This document shows, in pieces, positions 1 through 8,157 of a stretch of DNA of 32,000 bases. The translations under genes were made by a program, and so were the position numbers. Origin of the DNA: Candidatus Saccharimonadota bacterium (lineage in GTDB: Bacteria > Bacteroidota > Bacteroidia > Cytophagales > Amoebophilaceae); NCBI RefSeq assembly GCF_003351905.1, contig NZ_CP022339.1, positions 630,001 through 662,000 of the forward strand, written 5' to 3'. Below the pieces are notes generated by a model. The model did no database searches. It had not been told where the DNA came from and worked only from the letters and a program-made list of their open reading frames with translations. The first letter of the stretch is position 1. Every line of letters starts with the position of its first letter.

Positions 1-174
1 TGGATACTGCTATTACTCGTTGGGTTAGGTCTATCTCTACGTCTGTCTCTACGTTTATCTTTAGGCCTATCTCTCGTGCTATTAATTATCTTGTGCCTTT
101 TGTGCCTTGTTATCGTGTGCGTGATCCTGCTGCTCAAGCCTAAGCAAAATAGTTCTACTATGTGCTTCGTATAG
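1..174 (+). CDS. 3' end of a CDS cut by the window edge, with a Leu-rich hydrophobic (membrane-anchor-like) C-terminus
   Basis: Frame +1 is open from nt 1 to TAG at 172-174 (...GLSLRLSLRLSLGLSLVLLIILCLLCLVIVCVILLLKPKQNSSTMCFV*). Four 12-nt periodic units at 31-78 encode L-S-L-R-like repeats. There is no start codon in the window, so it is absent from the ORF track. Confidence 0.3.
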   Translation, partial: WILLLLVGLGLSLRLSLRLSLGLSLVLLIILCLLCLVIVCVILLLKPKQNSSTMCFV

Positions 175-425
175 ATTGTTATATTTCCTTTTATACCTTT
201 TTTTACTAGTTTTTCAAATATACTTTCTTCAACTCAACCCTTGCGCTGCAAAAGGTTTACCCACTAAAACTTTTGTACTATACCTTTATAATAAAATTTA
301 TTTCCATCTATATAGTTGTATTTTTCTTATATTTTTTTAAATAATCTATTGATATGCAAATTTAGATAGTAAGCCATTGCGTAAAATTGTTTTTTAGCGG
401 TGTAATGTTAAACGTATAACTCGGT

Positions 426-1637
426 ATGGAACATGGACGCATTTTTATATTGTGGTTACTCCTATTAAGTGGTTGCCATACGGACATTAAGCAGGATGTG
501 CATCCTGGGGATCCCTCTTTTGTTGCGGGTCCCATGTATCTTACGCATGCTTCTGGTGCTGCTGATTTTGATTCTTCTGTTGCTTCTGCTTTTATGACTG
601 CTGCGGCTGCTCGTGTGGATGCGGCTGATGCGGATGCGGCTGCTCGTGCTGCGGCTGCTCGTGCCAATACTGCTCTTGCGCGTGCTTTCCCTCTTGATGG
701 TGGTACGCCTGTTCGGGCTACTATTTCTGGGTCTGCTGTTTTTGCTTGTACTAATGCTGCCGCTGCTTATATGCGTGTTGCTGCATCTGCTGCTGCAGCA
801 GCAGATGCGTATCTAGTTGCTGCGCGTGCTGCGTATGATGTTGGCCATCCGGTTGCTTATGCCCATGCTTCTGGCTATGCTGATGCATATACTTGTACTT
901 CTGTTTCTGCTTTGACTGCTGCGGCGTCTTTTGATGCTGCTGCTAAGGCTGCTGCTGTTTCGCATGTGGTTGCTGCTAAGGCTGCTGTTGCTGTTTCGCA
1001 TGCCGGTGATCATGCTGCTGTTTTTGCTGCTGCTGCTAGGGCTGCTGCTACTAAGGCTGCTACCTATGCTACTTCTGTGGCTCGTTCTGCTAATTTGTCT
1101 ACTACAGTTGGCTGTATACGTATGGTTTCTGCTCATGTTGCTTCTATTGCTTCTGCTGCCCGTGCTGCTCATACGGCTCGTGTTGAGGCTGATTCTGCAA
1201 CTCATTCTGCAGATTGTGCTAGGGTTTATGCATATACTGCTCATGCTGCTGTTTCTGCTGCTGCTGCTATTTGTGCACATGCTGATGCTGTGTTTGCGAC
1301 TACTGATGCTGTATTTGCTTATGACCGTGTGGTTGAGGTTGCTGATGCACATATTAATAATGCACGTAAAATTGCTTCTATTAGGGTCCATAATGATACG
1401 GCTTCTGCTGCTTATGAGCGTGCCAGTTCTGCTTCTGTTGATGCTGCTACTGCTGCTGCTGGAGCTACTAAAGCAGCAGCAGCAGTGAGTCGTTTTGCTG
1501 CTGTAGCTGATGTTTCGTCTGTTGAGTCTTCTGTTTCGGATCTATTTGCTGCTGCTGCTCGTGCTGCTGCTGTTGTTGTTGACGCTATTCGTCTGCATGC
1601 TGCTACTGCTGCGAATGCTGTTGCTGCTGCCATATAA
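426..1637 (+). CDS. Alanine-rich predicted lipoprotein, unknown function (paralog 1)
   Basis: The N-terminus MEHGRIFILWLLLLSGC has a hydrophobic core and a canonical lipobox (L-S-G-C). The mature part is dominated by A with S/V/D/H/T/Y/R and has almost no K/E/I/N/L/P. Codons are overwhelmingly T-ending (gct, tct, gtt, gat, cat, act, tat, cgt). It is paralogous to 1906..2616, including the 5' leader. Confidence 0.7.
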   Translation: MEHGRIFILWLLLLSGCHTDIKQDVHPGDPSFVAGPMYLTHASGAADFDSSVASAFMTAAAARVDAADADAAARAAAARANTALARAFPLDGGTPVRATISGSAVFACTNAAAAYMRVAASAAAAADAYLVAARAAYDVGHPVAYAHASGYADAYTCTSVSALTAAASFDAAAKAAAVSHVVAAKAAVAVSHAGDHAAVFAAAARAAATKAATYATSVARSANLSTTVGCIRMVSAHVASIASAARAAHTARVEADSATHSADCARVYAYTAHAAVSAAAAICAHADAVFATTDAVFAYDRVVEVADAHINNARKIASIRVHNDTASAAYERASSASVDAATAAAGATKAAAAVSRFAAVADVSSVESSVSDLFAAAARAAAVVVDAIRLHAATAANAVAAAI

Positions 1638-1905
1638 AAGCAGCCTGTATAGATGCTGCTCCGGGAATGGTGGCTATTTAAGGATAGCCCCATTGTAAAA
1701 TTTACGTCATAAGGTGCTTTTTTTCAGTACATTCTATTGCATTACCCATGCATGCATAGCGTAATCGACTTCCATGCATCTGGTTGTATATTTCTATGTT
1801 TATTTATATAATAACTTATGGTATGAATAATAATTACCCAATGCCCAGGCAGGTTGCTTAAGGTGTTTTTAACGATGTAATGCAAAACGCATAGCTAAGG
1901 AAAAC

Positions 1906-2616
1906 ATGGAACATAAAAAAGTTTTTGTACTGTGGTTATTAACGTTAGGTGGATGTAATGCGCTGGTGAAGCACCATATGCATGCTGTAAGTGAATCCTG
2001 TGTTACAACCACCCATACTCCGCATCATGGTGTGCCTTGTATGCGCCATGTTTCTTCTGGTTTTGTTTCTGGTTCTTCTTCCGCTTCTGCTCCGTTCTCT
2101 TCTTTGTCTTTGTCTGAAGTTTTTGGTCGTGCTTATCGTAATGCTTGCGACTTGTATGCTGCTAGTCGTGCTACTGTTTTGACGTGTTGTCCTGCTATTG
2201 AGTCTGTTGGTTATGCTAGTGATGATGTGTGTCATTTTGCTACTGCTGCACGTTCTGTTGCTAAGGCGGCTGCTTGCGCTGCTGCTGATGTGCGTTATTA
2301 TGCTGCGGCTGCTTGGGCTATTGTTGATCATGTAGTTGCTGTTCGTCGTGCGCCTATGGCTCGTGCGCGCTATATTGCTTTGGTGAAAGTTTTATTTGGT
2401 AAGATGACGGTTTTGGTTCGTTCTGCTAAGGCTGCTGCTGATGCTGCTACTGATGCTGCTAAGACTGTTGCTGATATAGCAGCTTCTGCTTTTGCTCTGG
2501 CTGCTGCTGATGTGGTTCGTGATTTTGCTTCGGCTGCTGCGTGTTCTGCTGCTGCTGCGCAGCGTTATGCGGCTCATACTGTTGCTGCAGCACGTTTTGC
2601 TGCTGCTATTGCATAA
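1906..2616 (+). CDS. Alanine-rich predicted lipoprotein, unknown function (paralog 2)
   Basis: The N-terminus MEHKKVFVLWLLTLGGC has a lipobox (L-G-G-C). A His/Cys-rich stretch is followed by an Ala-rich body with the same NNT codon style as 426..1637. The leader at 1861-1905 resembles 387-425. Confidence 0.7.
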   Translation: MEHKKVFVLWLLTLGGCNALVKHHMHAVSESCVTTTHTPHHGVPCMRHVSSGFVSGSSSASAPFSSLSLSEVFGRAYRNACDLYAASRATVLTCCPAIESVGYASDDVCHFATAARSVAKAAACAAADVRYYAAAAWAIVDHVVAVRRAPMARARYIALVKVLFGKMTVLVRSAKAAADAATDAAKTVADIAASAFALAAADVVRDFASAAACSAAAAQRYAAHTVAAARFAAAIA

Positions 2617-2886
2617 CAATAGATTAATAATAGACCATATCCTTCAACCATCTATTATAATGGCCTCTTTTTGCATATATTTGCGCATGTATCTGATTCG
2701 CACATGACCTGTAGCGTTTTGAAAGAAGGCTATCCTTAGAGGGGAGGCGTACAAATGGTAGACTATTTATGACACAATCTATTTAGGCCCATTTGCTTTT
2801 AAAAAACCTTTTAGCTACCTTTCAGTTAATAGGAAGCGCAATTAGTTATTGAGCGTGACTGTCTACCAAAAGTAAATAGATTAAAT

Positions 2887-3129
2887 ATGCATTTATCTAT
2901 CATTGCGCCTAATCGTAGGCTTTTTAATGGAGAGGTGGATAGTGTCATGTTGCCAGGTGCACTTGGTCCATTTCAGGTGCTTTCTGATCATGCACCTACT
3001 TTAAGTAGTTTCATAGCAGGAAAGATCACTTATACAGTTGGGTCTACCTCATCTTCCCTTTCAGTAAAGGGTGGTTTTACCTCGGTAGCTAATAACCAGG
3101 TTAGGGTAGTTTGTGAGCCTAGCGTATAG
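2887..3129 (+). CDS. atpC: F0F1 ATP synthase epsilon subunit (short, beta-sandwich-only form)
   Basis: MHLSIIAPNRRLFNGEVDSVMLPGALGPFQVLSDHAPTLSSFIAGKITY matches the conserved AtpC N-terminal pattern (L.I.tP.. .f.G.v.sV.lPG..G.fgvL..HAP.i..l..G.i). The 80-aa length is typical of Bacteroidetes AtpC. Confidence 0.75.
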   Translation: MHLSIIAPNRRLFNGEVDSVMLPGALGPFQVLSDHAPTLSSFIAGKITYTVGSTSSSLSVKGGFTSVANNQVRVVCEPSV

Positions 3130-3481
3130 AAGGGTGTAGCCGCATAGCACGCAACTATTGACCATTCAAGCATGGGTCTTATAGCTCTGCTTTGCTTCTA
3201 AATGCACGAGCTTTTGGTTGTGCTTGGCTAACCGCTGCGTTTCCTTAAGGGGGCTTATAACTGGTATGGGTTACGACTGTTAAGCACAAAATGATAATCT
3301 TTGTATTTTTGCATAAAAAAGATCTAAAAATGTAATATATTTAAGCAATAAAGGGTTTTTGTTCATCTGAGCCGCTAGGTAAGCGGAGTAATGAGCCGAG
3401 TGCACCTGCTATATGGCACCTTTGTATACAATCGTTATGGCGCGTATGCCGCAAGTATCATGAATAATAAAGTGACCCAAC

Positions 3482-4042
3482 ATGTTGCATCATTGCACTA
3501 GTACTATATTATCTGAAGTAAACCAATACATTCAATCTAAAACGAATGTAAAGGGGCCAGCTATATCCCTGTCAATTTTAGGAAATTCCCAAATAGAAAG
3601 CAAATATTCCAAGGGAATTTTTATGAGGTTGGTAGATATTGCTTCAGTAGAACTGCGCAGCAACCCTACGCAATATGTGCCACAGGGGGATGGTTTTGTT
3701 TTACGTAAAGTACCAGAAGCATTTAGCCTTTATTTCTTATTTTCTACAGATTATAAGGCAGCCGACTTATTAAAAAATTTAGAATTACTTGCTTATGTGG
3801 CAGCATTTTTTCAACATAAGTCGCATTTTGATGTTGCTAACACCCCTGTTTTACAGGAGATTGGGATTGACAGTTTTTCAGTTGAGTTAGTAAAGATGGC
3901 GCCATCGGAGCGGTCCATGCTTTGGAAAAGTTTACATACGCCTTATAGTCCTTCTTTGCTCTATAAGGTAGGTCTTATATTTATAGGAGATGCTGCGATG
4001 GATTTAAAGGTAGTATCCGCATTTTCATCACGTGAGCGGTAA
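3482..4042 (+). CDS. CIS cap / tail-terminator-like protein (DUF4255, Afp16/Pvc16 N-terminal domain family)
   Basis: FMRLVDIASVELRSNPTQYVPQGDGFVLRKVPEAFSLYFLFS and SMLWKSLHTPYSPSLLYKVGLIFI line up with the DUF4255 signature as I recall it from Pvc16 (..LYDI.ENVELRSNEP....G......PPL.....YLVTA ... EFW.AL....RPSL...V). It lies in a same-strand block with the sheath and tube genes. Confidence 0.75.
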   Translation: MLHHCTSTILSEVNQYIQSKTNVKGPAISLSILGNSQIESKYSKGIFMRLVDIASVELRSNPTQYVPQGDGFVLRKVPEAFSLYFLFSTDYKAADLLKNLELLAYVAAFFQHKSHFDVANTPVLQEIGIDSFSVELVKMAPSERSMLWKSLHTPYSPSLLYKVGLIFIGDAAMDLKVVSAFSSRER

Positions 4043-4893
4043 TGGCATTTATAACAAAATTATTTCGTATAGTTATTTCAAATGGTTATTATAAATCTAA
4101 TAAGCCTCAGAATGACTTCGATATAGCGCCAACCCAGGCTACTACCTCTTGGATGGCCGCACGTAGGGTGCGTCTGTTAGGTCACCCAGATGGTATAGAG
4201 TTGATATGGCTTTCACAGGATTATGATCATCCGTTGGCGTTATTTAAAAAAAAGGCAGCGGGCATTACCCTTTCCTTTGTGGTGACATTAAAAAATAGCC
4301 AACTATTGAATCTTGCAGAATTAGAAGCAGGGTACCCAATCGGTCAAGTCTATTATTTGCATAATCGGCATACGGACCCTCATCTGCTACATAGCAAAGT
4401 CTCTATGGGTAAGTCGGATCTAGTAAAAATTCAAGATGTGCCTCATTACCCAGCCGGGTTAGGTTGGAATGTTTTTGCCATGATTGATATAGATCTTACC
4501 CGTTTTGTGCATGCTTTATCTGAGCAAAAAGATAGTGCCTTAGTCGAGCCTATTACCTATACCATTAAGATTCAAAATCGTGCTACCTTTTGGCGGTATT
4601 ATTTCGTAGATACCAACCAGCAGCTTGGTAAGGCGCTAAAGATTCTATCCAAAGGAGATGCCTCTTATTTTGGTGCAGTAAAGGCTTTGCCAGAACACCC
4701 CCATACCTATTGTGCAGAATCTACCATGCCCATGGAGCTTTGTGATCGATACGACCGTTCTTTTTCACTTTGCAAACTAGGCGGTGCAAAAGGCGAGACC
4801 ATATTATTAGAAAAATTGCCTTATCCTACCTATGACTCGCTCAAAAAGGATAAGGGGAAGAAACGCTATAGTGATATAGTTGTATATGTTTAG
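4042..4893 (+). CDS. Hypothetical protein, CIS-cluster associated (no family recognised)
   Basis: A 283-aa ORF with ordinary composition. Its ATG overlaps the TAA of the upstream cap-like gene (TAATG at 4040-4044), which implies translational coupling. It sits 45 nt upstream of the sheath gene. Confidence 0.6.
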   Translation: MAFITKLFRIVISNGYYKSNKPQNDFDIAPTQATTSWMAARRVRLLGHPDGIELIWLSQDYDHPLALFKKKAAGITLSFVVTLKNSQLLNLAELEAGYPIGQVYYLHNRHTDPHLLHSKVSMGKSDLVKIQDVPHYPAGLGWNVFAMIDIDLTRFVHALSEQKDSALVEPITYTIKIQNRATFWRYYFVDTNQQLGKALKILSKGDASYFGAVKALPEHPHTYCAESTMPMELCDRYDRSFSLCKLGGAKGETILLEKLPYPTYDSLKKDKGKKRYSDIVVYV

Positions 4894-4938
4894 TTTAAAC
4901 TTAATTTAACTTTTATATAATTCATAAAATCAAATAAA

Positions 4939-6426
4939 ATGGCTGAAAATTTAAAAACTCCCGGCGTGTACATCGTCGAGAAGGATACGGGTGCCAACGC
5001 CGTGGTTCAAGTATCAACCGCAGTTCCTGCTTTTATAGGCTTCACAGAAAGAGCTGAAATTAATGGAAAGTCGTTTCATATGAAACCTGTTCAGATTTCT
5101 TCGCTTTCTGAATTTGAGTTGTTTTTTGGTGGACCAGCAGTACCTGTCTATACCATTAAGGAGGTAACCAGTGGAGACAAAGATTTGGTGATGAATGGCA
5201 AGTCTTATGTCATGGAACAGAGTCTAAATTCTACATTTTATCTATATAATAGTTTAAAGCTATTTTTTGATAATGGTGGAGCAGATTGTTTTATTGTCTC
5301 TGTTGGTCAGTATGGTGACCCAAATGTACAGTTAGCAATTACACCAGATGTATTTAAACAAGGTATAGATGCCTTAGCTGGAGAGGAGGTGCCTACCATG
5401 TTGTTAATGCCAGATTCACTCTTATTAGACGAGGAAGATGCCTCTTACTATGCGGTGCAGACCTATGGACTGGCCCATTGTGGTAAGTATCTGAATAAAG
5501 TAGCATTATTTGATATATGGGGTGGTAATAAGGAATTATCTATCGAGGATAAGAACAAATATGTAGATAGGTTTCGTGAATATATTGGATTAGATAATTT
5601 GAGTTATGGTGCTGCCTATTATCCATGGGTTAAAACCAATATTATCCCATTGAATAGCATTGATTACAAAAACTTCGATTTAGAGTCGCTCAAAGGTGTA
5701 TTACAAGAAGAACACAAAACCATGTTGGCCAATCTAATCAGTGCTACTACAGAGAAAGAGAAAGTCTATTGGGATGCTGGGCTAAAGAATACCAGTAAGG
5801 AGTACAAATTACTGCGTAAAACCATTGCCGATCGGTTGAATATTCTTCCAGCTGCTCCGGCTATGGCTGGGTTGTATACTAGAACCGATAAAGCAAGAGG
5901 GGTATGGATTGCGCCGGCCAACCAAAACTTAAATTCTGTGGTAGAGCCCATGGTTAAGATTACCCATGAAGAACAAGAAGCACTGAACGTAGATGGCATT
6001 AGTGGCAAGTCGATCAATGCCATTCGGACCTTTAAAGGAGCCGGTGCAGCAGTCGTTTGGGGTGCCAGAACTTTGGCAGGAAATAGTCCAGAATGGCGGT
6101 ATATTAACGTTAGGAGGTTGTTTATCCTTATTGAGCAATCGATTAAAAATGCAGCTTTTTCCGTTGTCTTTAGGCCAAACGTTCCCGTTACCTGGGCAGT
6201 TGTACAGGGCATGATTTCCAACTTCTTAACCAACCTTTGGAGACAAGGTGCTTTGGTAGGGGCAAGTCCTGCAGAGGCATTTACCGTCCTTTGTGGATTA
6301 GGTGAGACCATGTCTCAGGATGATGTGAATGAAGGCATTATGCGCATTTCCGTAAAAGTGGCAGCGCCTAGACCAGCTGAGTTTATTGTGATCACATTTG
6401 AACAAAAAATGGGTGCAGATGGTTAA
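4939..6426 (+). CDS. Contractile sheath protein (phage tail sheath / Afp2-4 / TssBC-like)
   Basis: The N-terminus MAENLKTPGVYIVEKDTG..VSTAVPAFIGFTERA is the classic sheath start (TPGVYIEE...S.avaafvG). The C-terminal block GVWIAPAN..L..V......T..EQ..LN..G...INAIR.F.G.G..VWGARTL....EWRYINVRRLF..IE.SI is the tail-sheath C-terminal domain pattern. Confidence 0.95.
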   Translation: MAENLKTPGVYIVEKDTGANAVVQVSTAVPAFIGFTERAEINGKSFHMKPVQISSLSEFELFFGGPAVPVYTIKEVTSGDKDLVMNGKSYVMEQSLNSTFYLYNSLKLFFDNGGADCFIVSVGQYGDPNVQLAITPDVFKQGIDALAGEEVPTMLLMPDSLLLDEEDASYYAVQTYGLAHCGKYLNKVALFDIWGGNKELSIEDKNKYVDRFREYIGLDNLSYGAAYYPWVKTNIIPLNSIDYKNFDLESLKGVLQEEHKTMLANLISATTEKEKVYWDAGLKNTSKEYKLLRKTIADRLNILPAAPAMAGLYTRTDKARGVWIAPANQNLNSVVEPMVKITHEEQEALNVDGISGKSINAIRTFKGAGAAVVWGARTLAGNSPEWRYINVRRLFILIEQSIKNAAFSVVFRPNVPVTWAVVQGMISNFLTNLWRQGALVGASPAEAFTVLCGLGETMSQDDVNEGIMRISVKVAAPRPAEFIVITFEQKMGADG

Positions 6427-6443
6427 GGCACACACCTGTCTGT

Positions 6444-6469
6444 CTATAGGGGGTATTTTCCCCCTATGG
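6444..6469 (+). terminator. Strong stem-loop immediately after the sheath gene (partial terminator, attenuator or mRNA stabiliser)
   Basis: ataggggg (6446-6453) pairs perfectly with ccccctat (6460-6467) around the loop tatttt. The stem is extendable by c6444-g6469 and t6445-g6468. It is followed by a T-rich sequence (ggctatttgcttataatttt). Confidence 0.4.
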
Positions 6470-6511
6470 CTATTTGCTTATAATTTTAAAAACATTTAAA
6501 ATAAAATAATC

Positions 6512-6976
6512 ATGGCTAATAATTTGTTAGTACCTTCTATCGTCCATTTTAATTTGGGCGCTTCAAAGGTTAGTATAACGGATTACCATATAGCAATTAC
6601 TATAGAAAATGGATCCGAATATATTAGATCAGTTAATGCGCAAGGTAAGTCCACTTATGCTATATCTAAAGGAGAGCAAATTGCACAAAAGGCTGATATT
6701 AAAGTTTCTATACTTAAAGCGCCAGATGGGGGATTTGATGATGATATTAAAAAATTAGAAAAAAACTTAGATGCCGCAAAAGAAAATGATCCTAAAAAAT
6801 ATGTGGAAGATATGCTGTTTAGTTTTGCAACCAATGATGATAAGCCATTTGCACATATACAATTCCGGGGATATGTTTCTCACATAGAACCAGACGTAGA
6901 TCCTGAGACTCAAATACCGTTAGCGGTAGCTGAACTTTCTGTTTATGATCCAATGAGTTTTGTAATTAAAGAATAG
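6512..6976 (+). CDS. Small CIS-cluster protein, possible divergent tube/Hcp-fold protein
   Basis: It is 154 aa, directly downstream of the sheath gene on the same strand, and the size is typical of tube proteins. The alternating beta-strand-like pattern and the FAHIQFRGYV..I motif loosely resemble Bacteroidetes Hcp/TssD. I cannot see a firm family signature. Confidence 0.45.
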   Translation: MANNLLVPSIVHFNLGASKVSITDYHIAITIENGSEYIRSVNAQGKSTYAISKGEQIAQKADIKVSILKAPDGGFDDDIKKLEKNLDAAKENDPKKYVEDMLFSFATNDDKPFAHIQFRGYVSHIEPDVDPETQIPLAVAELSVYDPMSFVIKE

Positions 6977-7043
6977 ATTACTGATCCATTATTGAGTTTT
7001 TTTAAAATTAAGTAGCTTAACTAGAATTTGATAAAAAAATATT

Positions 7044-7487
7044 ATGCAAAGAGTAACTATTGATTATAAACACTTTAATAAAGCAGGTTTTGATGGTAAA
7101 ACTTGTAGTGTTTTGGGTATGGGTATACCAAATCAAAAAATATCGACCTCAGCAATCGTATATGATACGGCAGCTTCTGCACCACTTCATTATAATCAAC
7201 GCAGTGCTCCAAAGATTGTAACGTTCACTGTAGACTTCTTGCCTTATATAACTAGTAAACATTTATTATCAAAAGCAGATAGCTTAGTTAAAGAAGTGTT
7301 TGAGAGTAAATATAATCCAGAACCATTGACCTATTGTATACATAAAAAAGATGGTGCAATAGATACAAAAAAAACTGTAAATGACGTTATCATACAAAAC
7401 GTAAAGTTATTTTTGGATAGGAAAAACGAAGCTACAGGTGAAAAAGGGTATGTTCGTATACGTTTTACTTTACAAGGTTTAGTATAA
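7044..7487 (+). CDS. Small CIS-cluster protein, tube-sized, family not recognised
   Basis: A 147-aa ORF between two tube-like genes on the same strand, with normal coding composition and no overlapping competitor ORF. Confidence 0.45.
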   Translation: MQRVTIDYKHFNKAGFDGKTCSVLGMGIPNQKISTSAIVYDTAASAPLHYNQRSAPKIVTFTVDFLPYITSKHLLSKADSLVKEVFESKYNPEPLTYCIHKKDGAIDTKKTVNDVIIQNVKLFLDRKNEATGEKGYVRIRFTLQGLV

Positions 7488-7535
7488 CCAGATAAAAAGT
7501 AATCACATGATGTTTATAACCTTGTTCTGATATTT

Positions 7536-7985
7536 ATGGTTGATTTTAATTTAGTCCATACCTATTCTTTTCAAGTAGAAGTACAGAAAGTAACAGATAA
7601 TAGTTCCCGAGAATATTTCTATAAGGTAGAAGGGTTAAATAATGCTTTGCGTATGGAGCCTTATCTACCTGGAGGGGCGAATAGACCTTATTATAGGGCT
7701 AATGCATGTGAAACGACTGATTTAATCTTGACGAGGCCCTTAGTAGAGGGGAAAACCAAAATAACCGTTTGGTGCGAAAAGGCCATTGACACAGGATTTT
7801 TTGAACTTACGCGAGCCCATATTTTTGTGCTTAGTAGGGAAGGTAAAATTCTGGCACGATGGGATATAGAAGATGTCTATCCAAAGGGTATAGCCATTAC
7901 ACCATTCCAGTTAAATGGTCCAACAGAATTTGGGGTAGGAGAAACCATTACACTGGGCTATTCTAGGTTGGTGCGTGCCAAATGA
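7536..7985 (+). CDS. CIS inner tube protein (phage T4 gp19-like / Afp1-Afp5 family)
   Basis: YSFQVEV....FYKVEGLNNALRMEPYLPGGANRPYYRANACETTDLILTRPLVEG...WCEKAID....AHIFVLSREGKILARWDIEDVYPKGIAITPFQLNG...VGETITLGYS follows the tail-tube consensus (F.V.I....F..VSGL..E.ev.EYreGG.n...hKlPG...y.nlTLkRG......l..W........I.LlD..g.....W....AwP.k.....L.a.....v.iE.lel.he). Confidence 0.85.
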   Translation: MVDFNLVHTYSFQVEVQKVTDNSSREYFYKVEGLNNALRMEPYLPGGANRPYYRANACETTDLILTRPLVEGKTKITVWCEKAIDTGFFELTRAHIFVLSREGKILARWDIEDVYPKGIAITPFQLNGPTEFGVGETITLGYSRLVRAK

Positions 7986-8157
7986 TAGCAGGAATAGACC
8001 TTTTTGCAACCTATTTGTGGTGTACAATGGTGAGCAGTGACGTTAGTCACCGGCATACCAAATCTATTCGGAGGAGCATAGACAAGCTGTACCGCCAAAT
8101 CATCATGAGACAGTGGCTTCGAAAGAGGTCTAGTGTAGCAAATAAATTGTATGGATT

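Noticed and set aside
426-2616. Possibility that the A-depleted, NNT-biased region is a diversity-generating retroelement target or another hypermutation cassette
   Set aside because: There is no reverse transcriptase gene and no template/variable repeat pair in the window. The bias is codon-position specific, which fits translational selection or composition better than targeted mutagenesis.
362-2707. Ten overlapping track ORFs in alternative frames or antisense within the Ala-rich genes (362..667-, 613..816+, 813..1391-, 931..1488+, 1412..1693-, 1510..1698+, 1945..2331-, 1991..2182+, 2392..2619-, 2492..2707+)
   Set aside because: They are by-products of the (GCT/NNT)n composition, which leaves the other frames largely stop-free. 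Their translations are Leu-only or Ser/Arg-only low complexity. Only the Ala frame has proper lipoprotein signals, and those are conserved between the paralogs.
3304-3311. TAttTTTG (-7-like motif) as the CIS operon promoter
   Set aside because: No TTTG lies at the expected 19-21 nt upstream (only ctgt, at 23 nt). A single 8-mer match in AT-rich DNA is too weak to call.
5766-6311. ORFs inside the sheath gene (5766..6311-, 5929..6138-, 5993..6214+)
   Set aside because: They are fully nested in a confidently identified CDS, and their translations have no recognisable features.
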